A stretch of 64,000 bases of DNA from assembly GCA_038087875.1 (NCBI GenBank), contig CM075988.1:5890001-5954000 (forward strand), in the 5' to 3' direction. Positions 39,574-52,166 of the stretch are shown here, piece by piece; within the stretch, counting starts at the first letter, position 1, and each line of letters begins with the position of its first letter. This DNA is from Malacoraja senta (taxonomy: Eukaryota). Below the pieces are notes generated by a model that was not told where the DNA came from, searched no databases, and worked only from the letters and a program-made list of their open reading frames with translations. The translations under genes and the position numbers were made by a program.

Positions 39574-42500
39574 CTGTTCCCGAAAGGAATTTGGAGCAAG
39601 TGAATTAATGGACAACCATCGTCTACAGACACAGAACCAAAACCAAGCAGCTACATTCCCTCCACAGGCTCACTAAGTTCCTCCAGCACTTTGTACTTTG
39701 CTCCAGGTTCCAGCATCTACAGTTTAGTTTCATTTAATGTGGAGATACAGCGTGGAAACAGGCCCTTCGGCCCAACGACTCTGCTCACACACACACACAC
39801 ACACGGAACATTTTTTTTTCCATTTACACCAAGCCACTTAACCCACAAACCTGTACGTCTTTGGAGTGTGGGAGGAAACCGAAGATCTTTGACAAAACCT
39901 GAGCACCTGGAGAAAATCACACAAGTCGCAGGTAGAAAACTCTTCACAGGCAGCACCCGTAGTCGGGATCAAACCCGGGTCACAGGCGCTTTAAGGCAGC
40001 AACTCTACCGCAGCCCGTGCAGTTCCTTTTGTCTTCAACTGCCAGTCAATCTTTTGTACAAAGGAAGGTACACAAAAATGCTGGAGAAACTCAGCGGGTG
40101 CAGCAGCATCTATGGAGCGAAGGAGATAGGCAACGTTTCGGGCTGAAACCCCTGTTCAGACAAAAGATGTGTCTGATCATTGAGGTTCAGAGTACCTTAG
40201 CAGCTGGAGGAGACAACCTTGCTGTTTTACTTCACCATCAGGCATTTCACACCTGCCAATCGGAACAGCCTCCGAAATGGCCTTTCATTTTCATTCAGCA
40301 TAAAACGGACCACATTACATCAGCCCACCTCCTTGATACAGCTAGAATCATAGTCATACAGCATGGAAACAGACCCTTCACCCCAAGTCGTCCATGCTGA
40401 CTGAGATGCCCCATTTATGATAGACACAAAGTGCTGGAATACTTCAGTGGGTCGAGCAACAACTCTGGAGAAAAGGATCAGATGCCATTTCAGGTCGGAA
40501 CCCTTCTTTAGACTGAAAATAGAAGGGTGGGGTGGGGTGGTCCTATCTAGTTAGTCCCATTTGTACCTTGTGAGCTGTGACCTCATTTGCTTGTGTTTGG
40601 CCCATGTCACACTAAACCTATCCTATCCATGTACCTGTCCAAGTGTCTTTTAAATGTTCTTAGAGTACTTGCCGCAACTACTTCCTCTGGCGACTTGTTC
40701 TATATACACACCACCCTCTGATTCTTAATTCCCTTACCTTCAGTAAAAGCCTCTGTGCATTCACAGTATCTATTTCACCTCAGGACTTTGTACACTTCCA
40801 TTAGATCATCCCACAGCCTCCTGTGCAGCCAAGGAATAAAGTCCTAGTCTGCCCTATAGCTCAGGCCCTCGAGTCCTGGAAACATCCTTGTAAATCTTCA
40901 CTGCAGTCTTTCCAACAACATCCTACAGCAGGGTGACCAAAACTGAACAGAATACTCCGTGTGGCTTCACCGACGTCTTGTGCAACGGTAACATCAAGGT
41001 TTCTCAGAGGTGAGTTTACCTTGCGAAGTACTCATCCCCTCTCCCTTGGTGAGACCGGATGAGAGTTCTCTTGAATCATCCATATCTTGCACCTCGCATG
41101 CAACAAAAGCTTTTCACTGTACCTCGGTACGTATGCTAGTAAACTAAACTTAAACTAAAACTCTGCTCTCAGCCCTCCTCCTGCGTTCCCTTGATCCTCG
41201 CCTTCCAACCACCCTCTGCATTCAACAATTTCTGCCAGCTCCAACAAGATTTCACTACCACACATGTACCTCTTCTCCCCAAATGTCATAAGGACTCAAA
41301 TTTGCCAACCTTAAGGTAACTCACTCACTCTTTCTGTTTGTATATCAGAACAGGCCATGGCCTCTCCTCATATTACACACTCTCCATGAATCTCTGCTGA
41401 ACCTTGATTGCACTCACACTACAGTAAGTGTAATCCTTCGGTGAGACTAGACTTGTGACCCTCGGTCTGCTTGCAGTCTCACCAGCGTCCACTTTTATCC
41501 TTCAACTCAAATCTTCTTGCGATAAACATCAACCTTCCTTTTCCCCTGACTCTCAGTCCGAAGGGTCTTGACCCGAAACGTCACCCATTCCATCTATTTC
41601 TCCATAGATGCTGCCTGACCTGCTGAGTTACTCCAGCTTTTTGCATCTATATACAGTTTACATTCCTAATTGCTTGCTCAACACAATGTTAACTTTCAGC
41701 ATCTGAACATTAATCTCTCAGCATCTACAAAACACTCGCCTCTTCTTTTTTTTTTTAGACCAAAATAGATATCATATTTTTCCTCATTCCATTCCATTCG
41801 TCCATTTATTTAGCCTATGTTCTTTTATTGTGCATCCTCCTCACAATCCAACTTAGTACAAACTGTACAATCAAGGTCTCCTAATCCAAATCAGTAATAT
41901 GGACACAAAAAGCTGGAGTAATTCAGCGGGGCAGGCAGCATCTCTGGAGAGAATGACTTTTCGGGTCGAGACCCTTCTCAATCTGGACAGCTCCTTGTGA
42001 CTCCAGTTACAATGCAATCCTACCTGAAATCACCTGTTCATTCCTAGTCTCTGCTTTCTCTCTGCTAACCATTCATCAGCCCATGTCAATATATCGCTCT
42101 GAAGAAGGGTCCCAACCCAAAACGTTACCTATCTTTGTTCTCCAGGGATGCTGCCTAACTCACAGAGTTACTCCAGCACTTTGTATATTTCAATATATTC
42201 CATCCAGTTCTCATGCACACTCATTTTGTTGGAACTATATCAAATACCTTCTGGAAATACGAATACCGCATCCATTCATTCATTCATTTACTTTAGTTTA
42301 TTGTCACATGTACCGAGGTACAGTGAAAAGCTTTTGTCGCATGCTAACCAATTAGCGGAAAGATAATACATGATTACAATCGAGCCATTCACAGTGTACA
42401 GATACTGTATGTGATAAGGGAATAACGTTTAGTGCAAGATAAAGCCAGTAAAGTCTGATCAAAGATGGTCCAATGAGGTAGATAGTAGTTCAGGACTGCT

Positions 42501-43539
42501 ACTTGTCTATACCAATAGTTACATTCCTACAAACTTTAACAGATTTATAAAATATGACTTATTTTCATAAATCCGTGTTGATTCAGCCCAGTCCCATTAT
42601 AATTTTTCAAGTGTTCTGATACCCTTTTTTTTATACTGTGTGACTTTGCTGTAAAGTTCAACGTTTGGAATGATTCAAGCATGAAAGTAAGGTTGACTTT
42701 TATAGGTTGTCTTTCATGGCGTCAAAATGTCCCAAAATGAATCAAATATTTTTTTTGTGAAAACAAAGTTAAATTCTGAAAGTAATGATTAAAAATATGA
42801 AGACAACTGTCTGACAGTGAAAAAGGTGCTGGTGAAAATAGGATTGGTGGAATAACGATGAAAGTACAACAGATAATCGCATGGTTGAAATGTTGACGTC
42901 TGACGATAGAAATGTTGAAAAAGTAACTGAACTGAATGGTGAGAGTGTGATTAAAAAGCTAGGGATTGGATGAAGGAAGAGCAGGGAAGACATGGAATAG
43001 AGGAATGAGAGAGACACAAAGTGCTGGAGTAACTCAGCGGGTCAGACAGCACCTCTGGAGAAAAAGAATAGGTAAGGTTTCGGGTCGAGACCCTTCTTCA
43101 GACTTGAATGAGATGTGGAGATGTGAGGAAAATGTTCAATTCAATTCAATTCAACTTTAATGTCATTGCACAAATACTGAGTATGGGTACAACGAAATGC
43201 AGTTTTGCGTCAGGAAAATGTTGATGCTGAAAGTGTTATATTGACACGCGGTGAAGGTATGATAAAGAAAGATTAATATAGGTCATCATTGTAGAACATG
43301 AATGTGAGCAAATGTATAACTATGGGCAGGTATAACTATGGCAACTGATAAATTGGGCAGGGTTTTGATTAATGACACTGCTCAGTTTGTTAGTTAGTTA
43401 GTTAGTTACAATACAATACCGTTTATTGTCATTTGAACCTCAAATGAAGTTCAAACGGAATTTGGTTTCTGCAGTCAAACAACAAGAAAAAAAAAAACCC
43501 AAGACACACAATAAATACAATTTACACAAACATCCATCA

Positions 43540-45997
43540 AGCTAATGCTAAGCTTGCAATGAAAGATCTGCATTCTGCCATTAGCAAACAACAGACTCAC
43601 AACCCCGAGGCAGCCTTCATTGTTGCGGGTGACTTCAATCACTCCAACCTGAAGACTGTACTCCCCATATTCCACCAACATATCTCCTTCACCACTAGAG
43701 AGGACAAGACACTGGACAAAGTCTACACAAACATGGTTGAAGCTTACAAAGCCACCCCCCTCCCCCACCTTGGTCAGTCTGATCACTTCTCATTGTTCCT
43801 GCTCCCTAAGTACTCCCCACTCATCAGACATGTTAAACCCACAGTGAGGACAGTTAAAGTTTGGTCAGAGGAGGCGGACTCCACACTCCAGCAGCGTTTT
43901 GGAAACACTGACTGGAATGCGTTTGCAGCTCAAGCCACCCTTGACTCCCACACGGACATTGACTCCTATACATCCTCTGTTTTGGACTTTATCAACACCA
44001 TCATCAACAGTGTCACCACTCTCAAACGGATCACCACATTCCCGAACCAGAAGCCATGGATGAACAGTGAGGTCAGGCTACTGCTGAAAGCACGGGACAC
44101 CGCTTTCAGGTCAGGCGATGCTCGTGCCTACAGTTCATCCAGGGCCAACCTGAAGAGGGGCATCAAGAAGGCCAAGCATAGCTACAAGCTTAGGATTGAG
44201 GAGCACTTCAATAACAACTCCGACCCCCGACGCATGTGGCAAGGCATCCAGGCCATCACGGACTATAGATCCACCAACACCACCCCCACATCGAGTGACG
44301 CATCCTTCCTTGAGGAGCTCAACCACTTTTATGGCCGCTTTGACAGGGACAATCAAGAGATGGCACTCAAGGCTGTTCTCCCTGCTGATCACCAGCCCCT
44401 CACACTCACACCCTACGACGTGTATGTAGCACTGAGTAGGATTAATGCACGTAAGGCTGCTGGCCCTGACGGCATCCCCGGGCGTGTCCTCAGGACCTGC
44501 GCTGCGCAACTGACAGACGTCTGGACTGACATCTTCAACCTGTCACTTGCCCAAACAGTTGTCCCCACGTGCCTTAAAACCACCTCCATCGTGCCGGTGC
44601 CAAAACACTCCACTGCAGCGAGCCTTAATGACTTCCGCCCAGTTGCACTTACTCCCATCATCACCAAGTGCTTCGAGAGGCTGGTCCTGGCTCACCTCAA
44701 AGGCTGCCTACCTCCCACACTGGACCCCTATCAGTTTGCCTACCGCAAGAACAGGAGTACGGAGGATGCCATCTCAACGGCACTCCACTCCGCCCTCTCC
44801 AACCTCGACAACACAAACACCTACGTGACAATGCTGTTCATCGACTATAGCTCAGCATTCAACACCATTATCCCCTCAAAACTGATCACCAAACTCAGCG
44901 ACCTGGGCATCAACCCCTCCCTCTGCAACTGGTTACTGGACTTCCTAACTAACAGACCCCAGACTGTTAGGTTGGACAACCACACCTCTTCAACCCTCAC
45001 CCTGAACACCGGCGTTCCACAGGGCTGTGTACTGAGCCCCCTCCTCTACTCCCTCTTCACCTACGACTGCACACCTGTACATGGTACTAACACCATCATC
45101 AAGTATGCAGATGATGCAACGGTGATTGGCCTCATCAGCGACAACGGTGAGTCGGCCTATAGGGAGGAGGTTCAGCTCCTAGCAGCATGGTGCACTGACA
45201 ACAACCTGGCCCTTAACTCCAAGAAGACCAAGGAGCTCATTGTGGACTACAGGAGGTCTAGGGGCGGCACGCACACCCCCATCCATATTAACGGGACGGA
45301 GGTGGAATGTGTTTCCAGCTTCAGGTTTCTGGGGGTCAACATCTCTGATGACCTCTCTTGGACCCACAATATATCAATACTGGTCACGAAGGCTCACCAG
45401 CGTCTCTTCTTCCTGAGGAGACTAAAGAAGGTCCATCTGTCTCCTCAGATTCTGGTGAACTTCTACCGCTGCACCATCGAGAGCATCCTTACCAACTGCA
45501 TCACAGTATGGTATGGCAACTGCTCTGTCTCCGACCGGAAAGCATTGCAGAGGGTGGTGAAAACCGCCCGACGCATCACCGGATCCTCACTCCCCTCCAT
45601 TGAGTCTGTCCAAAGCAAGCGATGTCTGCGAAGGGCGCGCAGCATCGTCATGGACTGCTCTCATCCCAACCACAGACTGTTTACCCTCCTCCCATCCAGG
45701 AGGCGCTACAGGTCCCTCCGTTGCTGAACCAGCAGGTTCAGGAACAGCTTCTTCCCTGCGGCTGTTACACTAATGAACTCTGCACCTCGGTGATTGCCAG
45801 TCACCCCCCCCCCCCGGGCACTCCTACCCCCAGAAAAATTGCGCTACTGATACTGCTGTATATATATATTTTTTACTGCTCATTATTCCTAAGTTCGCTC
45901 TTCTGGGTGAGATGCTAACTGCATTTTGTTGTCTCTGTACTGTACCCTGCACAATGACAATTAAAGATTGAATTGAATTGAATTGAATTGAATTGAA
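43540..45997 (+). mobile_element. Rex1/Babar non-LTR retrotransposon, 5'-truncated, 722-aa APE-RT ORF, in ENDOU-like intron
   Basis: ORF 43559-45727 with AGDFNH, GVPQGCVLSP, YADD; premature TGA ~20 codons before the end seen in copy 1; (ATTGA)n tail. Confidence 0.9.
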
Positions 45998-46592
45998 TCA
46001 CAGTGAATCTCCTCCTCACTGTGATGGAAGGCAAAGTCCCTTCTCTCCCCTGTTTTCCAGACTTCTCCCGATGATAAAGCTCCCGGTGGGCGATGGCAAG
46101 TCGGGCGATGTAAGGCCCTGCTCCGGGTCGTTTTCAACCCCACAATTCGGGCGGGAGAAGTTGCCGTTGCGGGAGCTCTGAAAAGCGGTCTCCCACCAGG
46201 GACCCACGAGCTCCCGATGTCACCGTCCACCGGGCCTGCGGCTGGAGCCTCCGAAGCTCCGAAGTCGGGTCGCAGCAGCGCGCCACCACAGCTCTCCACG
46301 CTCCGAAGCCTGCCAGCACCACGATGGTGAGTCTGCAGGCTCCGCGACTGGAGCCCCCAAGTCGTTCCGGTTGGAGGCCGCTCCACGGTGCTAGGCCCCA
46401 ACGACAACGGAGACCCGACAGGGAAAAGGTTGGGTCCCCCGCACAGGGAAGAGATTTAAAAGTTCCCCTCCCCCCACATCTGCACAGCTAAAAACAATAT
46501 ATAAACTACAACCAAAATATACACTCAACAGGACAAAAATAAAAAAAGACAGACGGACTGCAGAGGCCACTGCCGCGAGGCGCCGCCATCTT
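45998..46592 (-). mobile_element. GC-rich non-autonomous retroelement (5' part; 3' part at ~43408-43539), host of the Rex1 copy
   Basis: Starts CAAGATGGCGGCGCC on - strand; rejoins across Rex1 as ACATCCATCA|CAGTGAATC; 3' tail ACAATAAACGGTATTGTATTGTA. Confidence 0.6.
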
Positions 46593-46923
46593 GTATATTG
46601 TCACGTGTACCGAGGTACAGTGAAAAGCTTTTGTTGCGTGCTATTCCAGTCAGCAGAAAGACAATACATAATTACCATCGAGCCATTTACAGTGTATAGA
46701 CACATGATAAGGGAATAACGTTTAATACAAGGTTAAGCCAGCAAAGTCCGATCAAGGATAGTCTGAGGGTGATCAATGGTAGTTCAGCACTCAGTTTTAT
46801 AAAACAAGGTGCAGATATTTCCAATTCTTACAATATTGACCTGGGGTTGTACTGACATTTTCCACGGATCATTGTCATAGATTCTCCTTGTCTTTAAACA
46901 TTCTGTCAAGAGATTCTACGCAC

Positions 46924-47037
46924 CTGAAAAGACGTGCTCAAAGCCACTGGAGTCGAGGATGTCATTGTATCTACAGTACAATCCAAACCACATCTTCTTC
47001 AGGTCTTCTTCAAACTCAACTTTGGAAGTATACAATT
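46924..47037 (-). CDS. ENDOU-like exon 7 with first catalytic His: LYTSKVEFEEDLKKMWFGLYCRYNDILDSSGFEHVFS
   Basis: ttcatag/gtgcgt; WFGLY...DSSGFEHVF.GE signature. Confidence 0.96.
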
Positions 47038-47959
47038 CTATGAAAGGGGAGAAAGAGAACACCTGGAATCCAAACCTTCAAGATGTATGCATGGCACCAT
47101 ATATGTGCGTGAAATCTCTTGTGGAGACAGACTGTGTGTGAATGTGACTTTTATATCCCTATACAGTATACACTGCATGCAGCATGTATACTACATGTAT
47201 GTAACTTCTCGTGTGTCATGCACATTATATACTCTGTAAATAATCTGGAGTCTGTGTAAATACCTTATGCACGCTGCTTTTATCATTTACTCTGCATGAG
47301 TCTTTTTCACATTGAAGTCTGGCTCAGTCAGTGGCACCTAGGAATAGACTGGGTGACAACCAAGAATAGTTTGGTGACTACTGGAGAGACAGTAGACTCT
47401 GGAGAGATGGCACGGAAAGATGGCACCCGGGCCAGGCTGGGTTAGCACACCAGTCTGTGACTTTCGTGTGAAAGACACCCAATAAAGCTACAGAAAGGCC
47501 TAATGAACCACCGTGGCCTAAAAATCGATCAGGCGAGAATAAAATTTTCGGGGAAGGAGAAAGAGGTGCAGTGCACAGGCCTTGAACCTGGTGAGACGCA
47601 GGAGGAGCCCGGCCAGGACTCACCCCACAGAGCCCAGTCCCTCCACGCACTAGAGTCTCCCAACCCCTGCAGAGTAGTTATTAAGATGGCTGATCCGTGG
47701 GCGGTTGCCGCTGGGACGCAAGTCGGGGCCTGATCAACCCCGGCTGGGTGGCCTGGGCGAGGGTGTCTGACGTTGTGAGACCCGAAACACCCGATGACCC
47801 CAGGACACATCACTGAGGATGCGTCCCAGCGCATCTAGAAGATGTATCTTTTTCACTACTACATTCAAGGCCTGCTTAATAAAACCTTGTCTTGCAGCTT
47901 GTCTTGTCTTGAACTCCTTGTTGCAGTACCCCCACCCCAGGTCCCCCCAGGACACTTAC

Positions 47960-48162
47960 TCTTTGAGTGGAGGATGCTGTACAGATGCTCCATGATGGGG
48001 GTGTGCATGATCTCTTTGATAAACGCATCCTCTTCTCCCAACTGCTCGGGTGTGAAGTTCTCAGGGGTGCCTGTCATTCGGTGGTAGTTGTCCAGGAGTG
48101 CAATGAGTTTAGCAAAGGTTGGCTTGGAGAATATGGCGGCCTCGTTCACATATTCATAGAGG
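47960..48162 (-). CDS. ENDOU-like exon 6: LYEYVNEAAIFSKPTFAKLIALLDNYHRMTGTPENFTPEQLGEEDAFIKEIMHTPIMEHLYSILHSK
   Basis: ttgcag/gtaagt; YVNE..FSKPT...LL.NY...TG..E.F motif of EndoU/XendoU. Confidence 0.95.
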
Positions 48163-50448
48163 CTGCAACGTAAATAAAAGGCCAAAGAACCATGAGACCC
48201 TAAATTGAGGGGCTTAAACCCAACAGAGAGGCAACGTTTAAAGGGGATGGGTGGGTCAAGTCTTTTTTACACAGAGAGTGGTGGGTGCCTGGATCACGTT
48301 GTCAGGGTTAATGGTGGAGGCAGATATAATAGCAGTGTTTAAGTGACCTTTATCCAGGCACGTGGATATACAAGGAATTGAGTGATATGGATTAGGTACA
48401 GGCAGATGAGATTAATTTATCTTGGCATCATGTTCGTTAAGGACATTGTGGGCTGAAGGGCCTGTTCTTGTGCTGTACAGTTCTATGTTCTATGTTCTGT
48501 TACCTGTGCCCTAATATTTTGCAAATTCCTGTGCTGTTTCTGCATGTGCCAAGATTGTTCATGAGTCATATTATTATCAGTTTAAAGTGTTGCACAGCAG
48601 AATCCTGCAATATTGCACCTCGTTAAGCGGTGAGACAGACTGGATGAGATTATTGTACTGGGACAACTGATTGTATCAATCACACCCAGCATAGTTTTAA
48701 AAAGAAGCTCTATAATATCCTGGCCTGAACTATACTGAGTCACATTCAAGTCCAGGTTCACATTGTTTAATGGTTGTATGTATTGACAACGAAACTATGA
48801 AATATCTTACTTGCAGCAGCTTAATACACCTGTAAATGTAATACATGGATAAAATATAATAGTCAAACATTCAATAAAGTAATAACTGTAATATTATGCA
48901 CAAAAAATCCCAGGCACAACAGGCATAATAGTGAGAGGTTATAACCTCCGTTTAGCATGGTTTAGTTTAAAAACACAGCGTGCAAACAGGTCCTTCTGCC
49001 CACTGAGTCCACGCTGATCAGCGATCCCCGAGCACTAACACTTTCCTACACACACTAGGGCCAATTCACAATTATACCAAGCCTATTAACCTACAAACCA
49101 GTACGTCTTTGGGGTGTGGGAGGAAACGGGGGATCCCGGAGAAAACCCACGCAGGTCACGGGAGAACGTACATGCTCCGTATAGAAAAGCACCCGTAGTC
49201 AGGATCGAACCCGGGACTCTGGCGCTGTGAGGCAGCAACTCTGCGCCACGGTGCCGCCCGGTTCCAATGCTACAGTGTTGTGCATGTCACACAGACTAGT
49301 GTTGATTATTCTGTGCAGGGATGTCACACACTCATCACCAATCTCTCTAAGACTGGGAGTGAGAGCGAGGTAGCTAAGCGGGGGGTGTCGCCATTGACCA
49401 CATTGATTCCATCTACACCTCACGCTGCCTCGGCAAGTCCACCAGCATAATCAAGGACAAGTCGCCCCCAATCACTCCCTCTTCTCCCCTCTCCCATCAG
49501 GCAAGAGGTACAGAAGTGTAAAAATGCACACCTCCACATTCAGGGACAGTTTCTTCCCAGCTGTTATCAGGCAACTGAACCATCCTACCGCAACTAGGCA
49601 GCAGTCCTGAACTACTATCCATCTCACTGGAGACCCTCGGACTATGTTTAATTGGACTTTACTAGACTTTATCTTGCACGGTACGTTATTCACGTTATTC
49701 TCATAAGTTTTTGGAGTGTGGGAGGAAACCGGAGCACCCGGAGAAACCCACGCAGTCACAGGGAGAACGTACAAACTCCGTCCAGACTGTACCCATAGTC
49801 AGGATTGAACCAGGGTCTCTGGTGCTGTGAGGCAACAACTCAACCGCTGCACCACTGTGCTGCCCTTTATCCTTTAACTGTACACTGTGGATGGCTCAAA
49901 TGTAATCATGTATTTGTCTTTCCGATGACTGGTTTGCACTCAACAAAAACACTTTTCACTGTACCTTGGTACACGCGACAATAAACTGAACTAAAACTAA
50001 AAAATGGTTAATTTGTGGTTTGGGAGACAAGGTGGATCAGCAGGGATTGATTGGTACGGGTGTCAGGGGTTATGGGCTGAAGGCAAGAGAATGGGGTTAG
50101 GAGTGAGAGATAGATCAGCCATGATTGAATGGGAGAGTAGACCTGATGGGCCGAATGGCCTAATTCTGGTCCTATCACTTATGGAACCAATCTAAGACCC
50201 AGTGGTATATGTCGATTAGCTGCTAGGTGCAACTTTAACGTTGGTGAGTTGACCATGGCACCCGATTCTGCTTCGTTAGATTGTTTTGACCCCCCTCACA
50301 ATACTGAGGGTGGCGTTATCTTAAATGCCATCGCTAAATGAATAAACAAGTGACACTGACATTCCACCATGGAAGTTAGTTCAGAAGAAGTCACAATTTA
50401 GTTACAAACTGCAGAGTTTCTGATGTTGGAGTATTTGTATGCTCCCAC

Positions 50449-50614
50449 CGGTTTGAGGCCAGATCGACCTTGGCCCCAGTCTGGGAGTTGGTAACGGGAC
50501 TCTGAAGGTTCAAGCGAATGTCGCCGTCTGAAGCTTTGTTGATGTCCAGTGCGTAGATCTGTTCAGAAACGTTGAGAAGCTCCTGCGCAGTGAATCCAGT
50601 CCCAGGGTTGCTGG
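50449..50614 (-). CDS. ENDOU-like exon 5: SNPGTGFTAQELLNVSEQIYALDINKASDGDIRLNLQSPVTNSQTGAKVDLASNR
   Basis: ttgcag/gtggga; SE.IY..D.NKA...DI.LN.Q start of the EndoU domain. Confidence 0.92.
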
Positions 50615-50674
50615 CTGCAAGACAGTGACATGCACTACTGTCAGCTGTGAGTGTGAAACCCTCCCCATCACAGA

Positions 50675-51690
<1,016 letters not shown>

Positions 51691-52120
51691 AACCAATCAG
51701 CAGAGGTGGGCAAAACTCAGAAGAGGGACTTAGTGTGGACATGCTGTGACTAGATGCTGCCAACAACTTTGTGGATGTTTCAGACCAAAACTGGCCGGTG
51801 TTATAGAGTATGAAGGACAAGCTTTGTGATTGAAGTAGATTTGCTCACTTCAGGACAGCTGAAGGATGCATCCACAAAAGATCTCTTGACAACATCAGAA
51901 AAAAGTTATAATTTGAACCATTGGAGGTTGCTGCAAGTTATCATTTGGAGGAGGAAAGGAATCAACAATACGAGGAGGTGGGTGGATGTATTGTTGCACT
52001 CAGAAAGCTTTCAATACACTGCAATTTTGTAAATGACTGGGGGACAATGTTGTGTGACTATTTTGTGGCTGTAAAATGAACGCATTGGTGGGGAACGGTT
52101 CACAACTCTCAAAATTGGGA

Positions 52121-52166
52121 GTTAGACAATAGACAATAGACAATAGTCTATTGTCTATTGTCTAAC
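52121..52166. repeat. Perfect 21-bp inverted repeat with 4-nt loop
   Basis: GTTAGACAATAGACAATAGAC-AATA-GTCTATTGTCTATTGTCTAAC. Confidence 0.95.

Noticed and set aside
43559..45727. 722-aa RT ORF as a domesticated gene or active element
   Set aside because: 5'-truncated inside the endonuclease, premature stop, near-identical second copy; ordinary young TE copy
45961..46407. 148-aa ORF in the GC-rich element
   Set aside because: No recognisable domain; runs into the microsatellite tail
47760..47795. CTGACG...CCCGAAAC as another hammerhead
   Set aside because: Lacks the CUGANGA consensus and a proper stem II and cleavage triplet
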